From: Catajapyx aquilonaris | Taxonomy: Eukaryota | Direction: 5' to 3' | NCBI GenBank assembly: GCA_000934665.2 | Contig: KZ538071.1 | Coordinates: forward strand, 1-64,000 | DNA: 64,000 bases | In this document: positions 28,001 through 41,365 of the stretch, in pieces | Numbering within the stretch: position 1 is the first letter of the stretch | Layout: the number at the start of each line of letters is the position of its first letter | The notes under the pieces: model-generated | The model's database searches: none | Told to the model about the DNA's origin: nothing | What the model saw: only the letters and a program-made list of their open reading frames with translations | Translations under genes and position numbers: made by a program

Positions 28001-31000
28001 ATATCTCAAAACTGATCGACCTCTACTACACCAGCATGCAGCTTTAAGTGAGGTAATACGGTATTTATTTTATTGACAATTAATCAGTTATTTTTCAGGG
28101 AAGGAGAAATTCACAAAAATTACCTCGCTTAACTGGCCGGTGGTATACCGGCCCCTGGTCAACACTGTTTCTTATAAGCATGGCACTCTATGGGGGGGGG
28201 GATGTGGTAATGATACATTCATCACAAACTCTTCCACCTCTTAGGTCCTGCATTTGATCCTTTAAGCCACAGAGTAGTTCGCCATTTTGGTAAGTTCTCT
28301 GTGTGTTCATGTGGGTTTTTTCAGGGCCATTATCAGCGATTTCAGCATCAAGGGCATGGCAGTAGACTAAAACCAATATTGTACCAGAGCGATTAAATTC
28401 CTTACCTTCAGATTCATCAATAGACACACCAACAAGCAATCTCTGCAACTTGTCTTTGGACCATGCAGCAGCATTTTTCTCCTTCCTGAAACAATAGAAG
28501 GGAATATACTGTACATCTAACCTCATGTTATTAAAATACTTTTTCTGCAGCTATAAAAATTAAGACAGTGCAAATGAGATTATGCCATATACCAGGGTGT
28601 TTATTGTAACTCTGCAAAGACTTTCAGGGGTAAGAGAGGGGACCAAGACAAGTATTTTTGACATAGGAACCCGTGTCCGGAAACGCCATCTAGAGGGGGT
28701 TCATAGACAAGGAACGGGTGCGCTCAGACGCGTCACGCGGGAGGCGCTAGTCGAGCTGACTATTTTGTTGATAGATGGCGCACAGTTGTTGCCAGGTTAT
28801 GGAGTATCACGTCGTTGTAAGTAAACAACAACACGATACGCCATAACCTCGCAACAACAGAACCGCTGCTGACTATCCGCGCGTCTCCTAGGAGGCCGAC
28901 TTCAGTTGCTAGATGGCTCTGCTGTTGCCATGTTATGGCTCATCGCATCGTTGGTTACTATCCGAGCGTCATCTATCAACAAAACAGTCCGCTCGCCTAG
29001 CGCCTCCCACGTGACACGCCTGAGCGCACCCGTTCCTTGTCTATGAACCCCCTCTAGATGGCGTTTCCGGACACGGGTTCCTATGTCAAAAATGCTTGTC
29101 TTGGTCCCCTATTACCCCTGCAAGTCTTTGCAGAGTTACAATAAACACCCTGTATATTGATAATGAATCATATTTTACAACCTTGCCTCTTAATTAGTAA
29201 AACCTGCCCACAGAAGACCCTGAATATGGCATAAATTTGTCTGCTGCAAAATAACAATAAAAATAAATCTATATCTCTTATCTCTATAAATAAGGAAGCT
29301 TCATTGTTAGTTTGGATGTTTGTCCCTTATAGAAATCCAGGGGAAGGCCCTTACACCGCCTTAAATTAGCACATCAGGGGTTACTTTTTCCAAGGAATCT
29401 AACGCCGCATGTTTCAGCTTCCGAAAATGTACCTAACTCCCACAACACGCATATTCCTGGCTCAACAATTAGCTTACATCAATCACAATAAATCAATTTG
29501 CATTCCCATGGAAATGCCTCTCTTTTTTTAGCTATTTACCTCCCAGCATCGTACCGCAGGGAGGGAACCTTTATTTCGTCTTGATGGAACCTTTTTGACG
29601 TAGCGCCCGGGCCCACGGGCAGGGTGACTGGGAGGGGATGTGCAAGGTGCAAGTGCAATTCTCAAACGGTATATTTTGTGAACTCCCCCGGGTGGATTAG
29701 TCTGAGGAGATTCCACCCGAAACGAAGCCAGAGACGACCCAACTCTGCCCGGGATGAAGGAGGGAACCACGGGCTGGGATCGAACCCGGGACCTTAACAT
29801 CCGTGGAAGCATACGTTTCCGCAGAGCCACTTTGTCTCCCCTAGGAAATGCCCTTATGCCACAATACCTAGCAAATACCATCTCCGTAAATTCAACCCAT
29901 CCACCAATTACGCTAATTGGCCACCTCACGTGACTTCGTATCTTATGGTAATGCCGGGATTTTGTGGGATTTGAAAGACTTCCAGACAAAGTAAATACAA
30001 TTAAATAATACAGTATTTGCAAAATATTACTCCGTGTTGAAAACAAAATTTCCCATCATACATCTGTACGTACATTTCTACAGTTTTTCAGAGCAAACAT
30101 ATGGAACGAGGTGGGGGTGTGAAGTGGGGTTGGGGGGGGGGGGGGGTCAAGGGGTCAANAGGGGGAAAAACACATGGCTGTGCAGTCTTTTCCTGGGCCA
30201 ACTCCATCCGCATTCCTCCTTTTACACATCCAATCAGCATATCCGTGTTGACTGTACGCTATAAGACAAGCAGGTACTCTATCACAGATATGTACCCCTA
30301 TCTTTACCAGCACCCCAACATACCCGGGCAACGCCGGGTAACCTGCTAGTGAATTAATAAAACTAGAAACTTTTCTGACTCACAACACACTTCATTTCTA
30401 CTATAAGTAGGCTGGAGGTTCAAAGTCTAAAGCCCGGTATCCACGCAAGAGTTACTCTTGACAGAAGCCAACTGCGCATGCCCAGATCAGAGGAATAGAG
30501 GGAAAGTTGAAAATTTTCCAACTTTAATCCCTCTTCCAAGGGGCCAGAGGGGACCTGAGGGGAAATAGAGTCCGTCTCAACAAAAAAGATTTCTCATGCA
30601 AGAGGACTCTGACAAGAGAAACTCCTGCATGGATACCGGGCCTAAGTAAGTTAATGTGCCCTTCCACTACTCACATGACATTACCTGAAGCTAAAAATAA
30701 TACTGAAAATAGGCACATCGGACATGACTTTTGCTACCCACATTGCCACTGTATTTCTTAAAGGAAGCGTTCAATGATTTAGCATGTTGGGCTTCAAAGA
30801 TCAAGGAAGACTCCCTTCGAAAAATGTGGTCGGTTTTTAAATCTGACGCCGCGTAAGCAAATGCCCGTAAGTGAAAGTCAAAACCGCTACTGTATTTGAT
30901 AGGGTAATCGTACAGCTGGCGCCTCCCGCAGAGATCCTGGCAACCTGCATGGGCCAAGATTGGCTTAGCCGCGAAGACAATTTTTGAACTAGGAAGTGGA

Positions 31001-34000
31001 TGGATCACTTGGCCCTTCCTCCGATGCCGTCTCATGTGGCCAAGATGTGGGCAATGTGTATTCCTCGTCTCTCTTCGGATTATACCTCGCGACACTACCC
31101 ATCTTGGTAAGTCTAGTACTGGTACGGAAGTATCCCGCTCTGGGCATCACTTGGTCGCATGTTCCGATCACTCGTCCTCCCTCCGCCCGCACTTCTCATC
31201 CTCCCCTGCCTTTCCATGGCCCTTGGCACCAGGGGTGGGTTCCGCTGTGGTCGAAAACACAAAAACCTGGCTTACACGTGGTTTGTAGCTATGGGGGTGG
31301 CCATCTGTTCTCGTGCTTAGAGCTTCCATCCTTGCCGCTAGAAGGAACCCGCGATCGGCGCTGATTATTTTAAAAATCGACTTGACTTTAAATTTTACGC
31401 TTATGGTGCATTCGCTATCAAAACAGACCGGATATTCGGAATCAGGGAGCCCTGCTTGATTTTTGCAGCCCAACATGCAAAATCACTGGATCTTTCCTTT
31501 AACTAGTTCAATGATGTAATTGCACCATGGAAATCAAAAGGACTTGATGTTTCTTCAGTGTGTGGGGTGCATGCACACGTTTTCCCTGAGAGACAACACT
31601 ACAGAAATATCCAACAAGGGACTGCTACAGCTTGGTTCCACTTGATTTTATAGGTGTCCTTAGGAACTAGACTGAGGATTATTTGAAAATTTGCCATCTC
31701 CCATTATTATTAATATTAATACTTCAAAAAGAATTCCTGTCCCTGCAAGAGGAATGTGGGCATGTGTAGGGAAGGCAGAAAGAACGTCAATGGAAAGGCT
31801 GAGGCCTTTACTAAAGTTAATTTTGAGCTAATCATAAATGGCCACACACCTGTTACATTCAAACACATTCACATTATTGCCTGAGGGCCCTTACTGTAGT
31901 TAGTGATGTCTTCAGGTAACAACGTGAGAAAACAATATGGAATACTCAAAGAATAATGTGAATGTGTTCGAAAAAATTAATACTGGTTAATAAGCTCACC
32001 ACTGGAACCAATTTTTCAGACATGATTGAAGTGTTGGCTACTTCTGGCACTTTTGTTGCTGTCAGGGGGTGAAAGACCAAGGAAAGAGGAGTGTGAGATA
32101 ACAAAAACCCCAAAAACTGGCAAGGAATATGTCAACATTTTCTCTCCAGGCAGAAGGACTGTGAGTTCTGCACTGCCAGGGTTTCATTAGGTAAGCTTAT
32201 TGCAAAGGACAAAATGTTTGCTTCTCACGACATGGTGGGGAATGAGTTATGAATGTCACTGCTTGAAAAGGAATGCAGCAGCAAAAAATGGGTTTTAATA
32301 AGAATAAAAAGGTATATTCCCAACTCTCATTCATTTCTTACATTACCATGTATGCTTTAGGTCCTGGGCATTATGACCATAGGCAATGGCAACAGTACAT
32401 TTAAGCCAGGGTCAACAAGGCGTCTGGTCTGAGATTGCAACTGGTGCTTTGAACCACTGTGAATATGTCTTGAATATTATTATGATAATTGCTATTTGGG
32501 CTGCCACTGTGGTATGTTCCACTCCTCACCTGTGGTTGTGCCACCAGGTCTCAGCAACAGCCAACACACGAGGTAAGTAGCAGAATTGAAATTTACACTC
32601 TCTTTTGCTCCATTGGTTTCACTCCTCTTTGGCCTGTTTAGGCTGGAAAACTCTCCCATGTAACATCCCACCTCTCTTCCCAATATTTAATATTGGGTCA
32701 TTCAGATGAAACTGAGCCACGGTCATATAGCAAATTTCCGCATGGGTTTATCGCGACATCTTATACACAAAACTTAGGTCATACTGGTGTAGTATTGCTC
32801 CACACTGACATGTGGCCATTCGATCACTCGACACAGTCGCAGTGTCCTTTTGTTCAAGACCCCCCCTTCAAAAAGGCTGTCCACTCAGATATGGAAGCAA
32901 TGAATGTAGCAGCCAGAGGTAATCAGTTTTTGAACCACGGAAGGTGTCGGCAGTACAGAAACCATCTCACAGTGTGAGTACCGTGTACGAAAGCTGTATG
33001 TTTTTGCCATGTGTTAGAGCGTGGAGTAAGCGGTTCCGAGAGGGGCCAGTGTCGTGGGCTGGTGATTCTAGGCCAGGGCAAGCAAACCGCTTACTCCAGG
33101 CTCTACCAAATGGCAAAAACATAAAGCTTTCGTACACGGATTTCTGTACTGCCGACACCTTCCGTGGTTCAAAAACGGATTACCCCTGGCTGCTCAACAT
33201 TCATTGCTTCCATATCTGACTGTGAGTGGACAGTCTTTTTTTTTTGGGGGGNGCACAATACTACACTAGTACGGCCTTCATTTTGCATATAAAATGTCGC
33301 GATAAACCCATCCGGAAATTTGCTGTATCCTCCTGAGACCTGGTGTCGACATCAGCAAAAAAATGGCGCCAACTAGTGATGCCAACAGAACTGCAATCTG
33401 TTGGTATCCCATGATTACAATCTGGCCTCAATAGGTGTAGCCACCTAGTGTTGAATATCTGACTTTGGCAGCGGAAATTAAATCACTTATGAAAATGGCG
33501 GATTCCGCTGGTGAAGCTAGGAGCTCATCTGATAAGTTTTATTTTTTTACTCATATTTAGAGTGCGATTTTTGTCAATGCAGCGAATGTCCTGCGATTCT
33601 CAAGGAATGTGTATTAGGGAATATGAAAAGATGTGTCTGTGACAATATTTGTTGCTGTAGAGAACTGGTAATTTTCTTTTCTTCTTAAGACCAAATGCCC
33701 ATTTAAATGGATATCCGAAAAAAAATATTTTTAGCTGAATGGGCTGTGGCTGTATGGACGTGTACTTTGCATTATACAGTTCAGTTTTAAAATCTAGAAT
33801 AGCGAGGTACTATGCTAGGGGGTAAGAAGGGAAGGAGCAAGCCCCATGGCTGGAGTGGCGGCATTCAAAAATAATTTCATTTATCTTTTGTCTTCTGAGA
33901 GGAATTGCTGCCACAAATTCCACAAATGAATTTAAAAAGCATTGTTTTGAGGATAGAGCACTATGTTAGTGATCCATTAAGTGGTATTTAAATTTTCAGC

Positions 34001-35277
34001 TTTCATCCGATCTGCTTTTGTAGCAGCAATTGGGTCCTAATGTTCTCATTGGTTGTTTGTCATTATTTTTGTCAATATTTTAAAACGATTTTTTTTTCTC
34101 GTTTCTTACTGGGAAAATGTTCAGAAAATGCAATAGGAACTGACATTGCGTTAAAAATTCTTCTCGGGTCTCAGGAGGATATGACAGTGGCTCATTCTCA
34201 TCTGAATGAACCTTATATGTGTAAGTCATGCACTATGTTCACCTTAGAAGAAATTTCGAACTGTCTGGAATTATTTTTCTTACAAGTAGGATATCATGCA
34301 CTCCTCGTTCCAGTGGTGAGTGGCAATTGGACTTGAAAAACCCACAAAAACCCATGCAAACAGGTTGGGTCAATTCCATGCTAACAAGGGAAGTGTCTGT
34401 AGGGGTATCGGCCAATCGGCTTGAAAATGACACTTCAAGTAAATCTCAGGCCAGAAATTCATTGGTGGAAATAAAAAGTGCCAATAGCCAAGTGTTTTCG
34501 AGATATGGGCGACGATAGGTGCACGGCAAACCTGCGCGGTGACAAGGGGCGCTTTCGGGGTAAGAAATCATAAACAGTCTTCGTGGCTCAGTCTGTAGAC
34601 TTGTAGAGCGTCCGCGTCATGTTCCAAAGTCTCCCTGTTCAAGTCCGCGGGAAGCGACTTTTTTTCTCCCCCTCTCTCTTCTCGGAGCATCGTTTTCTTT
34701 TTCATTTTCTTTTTTTCCCAACACCATTTATCACTGCATAACTTTCCCTTTGCAATCACAGGAATAAAACAGCTTGCTGGAAAGTGCATTACTGTTTTTT
34801 CTTCTGCCGATGCTTACCTACTCTCTCCATGGCTTCATATTCGGAAAAATGAATAGTCACAAGCTCAGTAAATAATAAATTATTCGTGTCCCTTCGTAAT
34901 TATTTGTTTACCTGTACACGCGTTCATTTACAGATGCGGTTTCATTGAGCAGTTATTGCGAGTTGACACCTATCGTCGCTCATATCTCGAAAATGCTTGG
35001 CTATTGGCACTTATTTTCACCAATGAATTTCTGGCCTGCGATTTACCTGAAGTGTCATTTTCAGGCCGATTGGACGATACCCCTACAGACACTTCCCTTG
35101 CAAGTGCAATTCTATGTGACATAATTATGGTCTCAAAACAGCAATCTTAAAACTAATACTGTATTACTGCTTCCAGTTGTTTTTTTTTTGTTCTGCTTGA
35201 AAATAATCCTAGGTTACACCTAACAGCATCACATACATTTGTCCTAGTTTAACATAGAATTCCTGTATTCATTGGTC

Positions 35278-35342
<65 letters not shown>

Positions 35343-36183
35343 GATACCTCGTGATAGGCCCCTTGGGCCTCTTAGGGGATCATCTTTTGAATAACCGACT
35401 TTAATCATTTGCCTGTAATGTGATGGATTTTGATAGTGGGAGGAAACGGGAGAACCCCGAGAAAACCCACGTGCACACGGAGAGAACCCATCGAAACTCT
35501 ATCCACATAAGTATCCTCCGTCCGACCCGGGGATCGAACTCGGGACATTAGAGGTGGAAGGCTGCGGCGCTAAACCACTCGGCCAATAAGTGAATAAACT
35601 GACCAATGAGGGCGACACGCCCTCATTGGTCAGTTTATTCACTACTTTAACCCTGGAACTGTGACGTGGGGTCTTTTCGGACCCCAAGAGAAAAAATGCA
35701 TTAAAATTATAATTACAATGAACTTTTGCCATTTTTTTTACAGTAGCTATATAACAGGAAGTGCAGGTTTATTTTGAATTGGCGATCATTTTAGGCATTG
35801 TTCAAAGAATGATTGTATATAGTCAATACATTGAAAAGTGTTATATAATAATTAATAAAAATTAAAATACGGTGGGGTCCAAAAAGACCCCATGGCACGG
35901 TTGCCGTAATACTCGTAGGTACGGCACGGTTCCAGGGTTAAATCCCCATCATTAGTGGACACATGTTTGCATTTGAAGGCCCCACCCACGTGAAAATTAT
36001 GGTCAGTCACAGGCTGCCTACACCTGGTTACATCTTGACACTACACACTGACTACCCCAGTGGCTGCCTACTACTGAACCTATATTAATGGCTGTAGTCG
36101 TACCAGTGCCAATTGTTCACGTTCGTTGCATCGGCCCGCTCTTCTACAATCCAGCGAGGGTCGCCTTCACCCCACTTGGCCAT
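16040..36183 (-). CDS. AHSA1: Activator of Hsp90 ATPase (AHA1/AHSA1), 6 exons, ~360 aa: 36183-36104, 28485-28406, 26844-26527, 23307-23039, 18086-17845, 16133-16040
   Basis: N-terminal MAKWGEGDPRWIVEERADATNVNNWHWKEKNA (NxNNWHW motif), RKGK motif, and C-terminal START-like domain (FTWRLKPWPQGHY...GWKKYYF). All exon phases are compatible (1083 nt); intron 4 uses a GC donor. Confidence 0.95.
16405..17639. mobile_element. piggyBac-like MITE with ~400-bp TIRs
   Basis: TTAA|ccctaataagac ... gtcttattaggg|TTAA. Confidence 0.85.
18443..18783. mobile_element. PIF/Harbinger-like MITE
   Basis: TIR aggcggtttcacacgggcagttgcagcc / ggctgcaactgcccgtgtgaagccgcct; TAA on both sides. Confidence 0.8.
18921..22487. 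mobile_element. Degenerate piggyBac-like element with ~180-bp subterminal tandem repeats and nested inserts
   Basis: TTAA|ccctttcggccccagcta left end; four units starting ccatcgcctag (18945-19660); inverted unit at ~22290-22487. Confidence 0.55.
21474..22038. mobile_element. Tigger/pogo-like MITE
   Basis: TIR cagtgaaattccaataacttgaa / ttcgagttatcgggatttaactg; internal ttcga[g/c]ttat motifs. Confidence 0.6.
23440..23819. mobile_element. MITE with TA TSD
   Basis: cagtaccattcataaagaatggtacgactctat / atagagtcataccattcttcatgagcgggactg, flanked by TA. Confidence 0.65.
24360..24960. mobile_element. Tc1/mariner-derived MITE with long TIRs
   Basis: cagggtggggca ... tgccccaccctg|ta; ~220-bp inverted arms; the interior resembles a transposase C-terminal remnant (VISRFEDI). 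Confidence 0.75.
27290..28061. mobile_element. pogo-like MITE, TA TSD
   Basis: ta|ccgtattacctcacttaaagc ... gctttaagtgaggtaatacgg|ta. Confidence 0.8.
28593..29152. mobile_element. Tc1/mariner-type MITE with ~190-bp TIRs
   Basis: cagggtgtttattgtaactctgcaaagac ... gtctttgcagagttacaataaacaccctg|ta. Confidence 0.85.
29268..30349 (+). mobile_element. Non-autonomous Helitron containing a SINE
   Basis: A|TC 5' end (tctatatctcttatctctataaataagg); 3' hairpin acccgggcaacgccgggt followed by CTAG|T; no TSD. Confidence 0.7.
29519..29843 (-). mobile_element. SINE nested in the Helitron
   Basis: B-box-like gggatcgaacccggg; T-rich tail; 9-bp TSD ggaaatgcc at 29510-29518 and 29844-29852. Confidence 0.7.
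30431..30642. mobile_element. Harbinger-like MITE
   Basis: taa|agcccggtatcca ... tggataccgggcc|taa. Confidence 0.65.
32724..33327. mobile_element. Near-palindromic MITE
   Basis: agcaaatttccgcatgggtttatcgcgacat / atgtcgcgataaacccatccggaaatttgct; long inner inverted arms ~32875-33235. Confidence 0.75.
34386..35099. mobile_element. DNA-transposon MITE with ~135-bp TIRs
   Basis: aagggaagtgtctgtaggggtatcg ... cgatacccctacagacacttccctt. Confidence 0.75.
35281..35585 (-). mobile_element. tRNA-derived SINE adjoining an (AAT)n array
   Basis: ggggatcgaactcggg...gcggcgctaaccactcggcca; same family as 5372-5600. Confidence 0.65.
35651..35937. mobile_element. piggyBac-like MITE
   Basis: TTAA|ccctggaac ... 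gttccaggg|TTAA. Confidence 0.8.
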
Positions 36184-37829
36184 CCTGTGTACCCGCTAGC
36201 CTCTGAGCTGATCTACAACGCTTCTGGAACAACTCGGCACCAACTTTCCGTTGTACAGGAACTATCAACAGCCAATGGATCTAGAACGATCTAGAAGCTT
36301 CTACTGTGCTACACGCAGACCGGAACCGGAGTCGGAGGTGCTGTCCTCTTGACATGCACATGATATGTAACTTTACAAGTGGACATCAGGTGGCAGCTAT
36401 GTAGATATGGTTGTCAGAAGGGCTGAAATACCTGCCATCTGTGGGACACCGAGACACTCATGGCTTTATTGCAGGTCCACACATGAAATGTGTTTACGGT
36501 ACAGAATCAGTTATGTAATTATTGTTTTGCTCGGGTTTTGCTCATAAATCGTGGCGCTGTTTACATGTTTCGTTCAAGCATGAATTTGCCGACATCGCCC
36601 ATAATTGGGCAGCAAGACACATGGGCGTGGCCAAGAGTGCGGGATTTTTTGAAAATGCATTACACGGTATAGGGTATACCTTGGCCCACAACAATGAATA
36701 AAAAGTTTAGCCACAGTCTCACATACATTCCCCCCCCCCCCCCTCATTTTGGATGATTTTTTTGTAGGAAGTGTAAGTGAATCATTCAATCATCGAATTA
36801 TGAATAATTTATTTGCAATGTGAAAAATTACATCCTACTTTAGTCCTGCATTTTTTTAAATAATATCAGCACAGAAAAATAGCAAACGCTAAAAGCCATA
36901 ACTCAATCGGAATATATTTGACTGTTTCATATAAATTGATAACGATAGGCAACGAAAGAACACTGCCACTATTTGAAATAATGGACCTCACAAATAGGAA
37001 TTAAATAAACTCCATTGATTTTCAAAATAGCAGGCCTGGGAAATAAATAATAAAAATTGAGAATCACATTAGGGATTAGGCACTTGTGCCGTAGATTATT
37101 ATTCCGATTTTTATTCGATGTATAATATTACTCTCTATTTTTTTTAGCACTTGAATGGTCCATGTTCAGAGGTTTCCACAAAATCGGCACAAGGTGTATA
37201 GAGCAGGCCCAACAAGTCTAGGAACTTAATTAATTTCTTGTGATGTCTGCTTCTCTAAAGCCGGTTGCTGGAGTAAACAATTCATAATTCCACTGCAGAA
37301 CTCGAATGTATGTATGATATTATGAACATTGAACAATGCATTTCGGCTATCGTATTATTATGAAAATGGCCAAATTACTGTAACACCTTAACGAGCCGAT
37401 ATAATAACACTCCAGATAGCCAGATCTGCCAGATTAATCCCGATCCACACATCGATGAATCGGGCCCGTGAGGAGTTCGGATGTTTCACATCTTCGAAGC
37501 AAAACCCGAGCCTCATCGTGGACATCACCGCAACCAGAACGACTTTCAACTGTTCGGGCCCGAATACAGGGATTAATTATTTATATTTTATATAAATAAA
37601 GGTGAAATAAGTCATCACTGCTCGAAACCCGCCCTGGGGAGGGAGGGAGTTCGAATTGCTGGTCTGGCTACACTTCCGTGCCGGGGTGCGGTTGGCTACC
37701 TTGTATGGGCAGCGGACCGTGGAGCGTGGGGGAGCGGACCAAGAGCGGACACGTGGAGTGGATCTAGAAAATAGAACACATTTTATCCTATTATTGCCTG
37801 GGGAGATTTAGCAACATTTACCACCAACG

Positions 37830-40800
37830 ATGAGTGGTTCTAAATGTAAGTACTATACAGTTTTACATTATGAAGGGGAGGGCAAAAGAAAGTTGAGAGA
37901 AGTGCATAAGTACTCTTGGTACTACTGGTAGGCTATCTCATGCCTACCGAGCAGCACAACATTCTGCCAACGTTGTCAATTGTTGTTCCAGTTCACTGAT
38001 CACACATTAAATTTATTAGATGATCGTTGTAGTACACAATGTGACAATCCACCATTGCATATTAAAAAATGGAATTCAAAACTGTGCCTGCAATTTTATC
38101 CTGGGGCCATATCAGATTTGAAAAAATCCTACTTCACCAATTTCACATCCTGATTTTCACAACTAAGAGACCATCTAGATAGAAAAAGACGGAGTTTCAC
38201 TTATATTCTGATTCTCTATATTATTCGCCACGATTTCCACTAAAAATTCATTATTTCCTGATGCAGAGACGAATTTGATCCTGCAACATACCCATATCCT
38301 ATTCGGGAGAAGTGTGTGGGATGTTCGTACTGCCTTTGAAGATAGTGCAGGGGTAGTCAGGCATTTTAAAGAAAGCTCATATATGCAAGTGGAACCCAAG
38401 TGCCAGTGCCAAGTGCAGATGCTCCAACCACCTGCACTGATGAGGCTCATATGTTACTCTACTGTACTTGAAGCTTATGGAATTGTTGAACATGGTGTGA
38501 CAGCAGAGAGTCGTTTGATGTACACCATCCTCCTTACTGTTAGACTGCTGGAGTGTACAGATGGAACATCTTTGTGATGAATGCCCAAAATGCTGAAGTC
38601 ATCCCTGAACAACAATAGCTGCTATTAGAAATCAGCCACACCATAATGCTCCATCCTCAAAGGCAGCATGAGCCTCACACATGCACATTCTTGTGAGCAC
38701 TCATTTCTGTGGCAGATTTAAGGGTCACTTGCATTATAAATCGTCATGTACAGCCATAAACTGGATGTTTCAAAACTTTTCTTCCTCTACCCCCCACTAC
38801 CAGTTCCCATCCGGAAGGTTACGGATTCAGTCTGGTATGTACGACTAAGTGCTTCAGAGGCAAAGGAGGACGATCCCTGTCCAATATGCTTGGCAAAACT
38901 TGCCAACAGAGCTTTTGCATACCCATGTATGCACAAGTTTTGTTCTTACTGTATAACTGAATGGTGCAAGATGAAGCCTGTATGCCCTTTATGTAACCAG
39001 GCAGTACCTCAAGTCTTGATACCAATGAGGACCAAGCAGCCAACAGAGCCCAGGAATATGATGTAAGTATCGCTCCTGTTGATTCCAAATGGTGTATCTG
39101 TAAAGAGATGTTAGGACTGTTTTTTAAAAAAAGAAGTAAAACATGATTGTATGTAGCACATAGACATGTAGCAGATTCTGCAACTATTGTTCGTGCAGTT
39201 CATTACAATTGGTTCTTAACAAGGCTCTGTACTCTGGAGTCAATCAGAAGTTAGATTACGTATCTTTTGGAATAGTGAACAGGGATAGGGTTCATTTTCC
39301 CTCGAGTTCTAAAATTAATTTTTGTAGTAAATACCGTAGTTTATGCTTAACTATACTGTATACTGTATAGGCTATGTTTTTAATTTCCCTAACAGAAGAA
39401 AAGTGATATGTCTGTACAGAAATCCCACATACTTGCATTCCAATGGTCTACAATTTCTGCAAAAGCTGCTGGCAAGTAACTTAGTCTCCTGTCTGAAATT
39501 AGCTACACACAAAACAGACACACACTTCCCCACAAAAATGAAATATATTCTGGCTGAAACGTTGTTGTGTGTCATGATCATGACACACAACAACGTTTCA
39601 GCCAGAATCTCGTGTGTAAAATGACAAAAAAACCTTGGCCCAAGTGATGTGACACACTGGATATCCTAATTGTACAATGTCAAAAAACTCCAACATGCGT
39701 CACTGTTGAACTGTCGAAGATGACACATACGATATATATGTGCATGTCACATGGCACAAGTTTGTGGTTTTCTGATGCAGAATATGGCCCCTCAACTCTG
39801 ATTTTTGTGTCATATTTTCGCTGACATGTTTTACCGATCCGGGTTTGCTAGCTTCATGTTTTGGTGTGCCAAATCCTTTTGCGTGTCTCCATGTATTAAC
39901 TACCAGAACCTCATCTCAAGGAATGTGTGTATACCAAATTCAATAATTTGAGGTAGACTAATAATTATTATATACTATACCAAAATTGAAATCGATGAAG
40001 AACAATGACACAATAAGCTTCGTGGAGTAATAAGTTTAATGGGATTGAGAATACTCGTGACAGTGTTCAAATGTGTGAAATGTTGTAGATCTACTAAAGA
40101 TAGCTTTGTTTTAAATTTTTGCTTCACTTACAATCAAACCGAAATGCTAATGACATTTGACTAAGTCTAAGATTATATGCCTCATGAATAATGCCGTAAT
40201 GGTACTTCTTCAAATATACCTTGTAATATTACATGGGCAGTGGGCAAGGATATAATTTTTTGTCTTATACCCAGCTACTGAAATGGAACCATGTTGCTAA
40301 ATACTGTGATCATGTATGTTGCAATCAGGTAGTAGGCTACTGAGTACTCATTGATATCATTGAATAAACGACTAAAGAATTTTCCTAATCCTTCTCAACT
40401 TTTCAATAGCCCTTCTCATTCAGTCAACACCTTAGTGCCAACTGTGACTCCTCAAGCCTCAAATCGGCAGGCACAAGAGCTAGACAGGCAAGACATGCCT
40501 GGGCCATCGGGAGTGGGCAGGTAATGACGTTGAATTTTGAAATATCTTTTGCAGGCGAATGGGCCTAAGATATAAATGACTGACAATGAGTGCCATTTGA
40601 TCATTTTAAAATTATGATACCTCATGGCACTCATGAAGTACAGTGACACCTGCCTACAGCCAAAACTGTTTGTTCCACCAAAAATTTAGTTTACATTATG
40701 TTCAACTAAAATAATTCACAGTGAAATTCTCATGCCAAGAACAAAAGCAGTTTCAGTGTGTCCAGTGGTTGTTTTTGTTAGAGAGGGTTTCAATCTACCA

Positions 40801-41221
40801 TACTTTTTATGATACGCTTCAAATTGCGTTTGGACATCGTAATTTCTACATAATAATCTGTACTCCGTAATAATATTTTTGTCTGGACAGGCCGCCTGTG
40901 CCAAAGGTACGGGACTACACAATAAGTGACGACGACGACTGCCAAATTGTGGGCTCAGTGTTTCACACTGGGCCACAGGTAACTAGGCAAATCACCGCCG
41001 ATTCGTCAGAAAGCAGCGACGAGGAGTTGTCAACATCCCGCCGGCCACCATCACGGACTTTGTCAGACTCAGCACGATCTGGAACAGATGGAGGACGACC
41101 GAGGCGTCGCAGCAGGTCCCCCCTCATATATAGCGACGATGATGAGACGAAGGAGCGGAGTATGGAGAAGGGGAAAGGGAAGGGGAAAGGAAAGGGCAAA
41201 GGAAAGGAGAAAGGGAACTAG
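37830..41221 (+). CDS. Compact Topors-like C3HC4 RING E3 ligase, 4 exons, ~238 aa: 37830-37845, 38804-39062, 40410-40520, 40891-41221
   Basis: RING CPICLAKLANRAFAYPCMHKFCSYCITEWCKMKPVCPLCNQ resembles the Topors RING; SIM-like DDDDCQIVGSV, acidic and RS-rich patches. Canonical GT-AG sites with consistent phases 1, 2, 2 (717 nt). Confidence 0.75.
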
Positions 41222-41365
41222 TCAGTGTGGTCTCATTTTATTAATGAGTTAGTATTATTTCCGTTACGTCCATTTTTAAACGCTTATTATGTCCTCCATC
41301 TGCATACTATGTTTAAAAAATAACTATTCCATTCTAGGTCAGGCCCAGCCCCCCGACACAAATAC

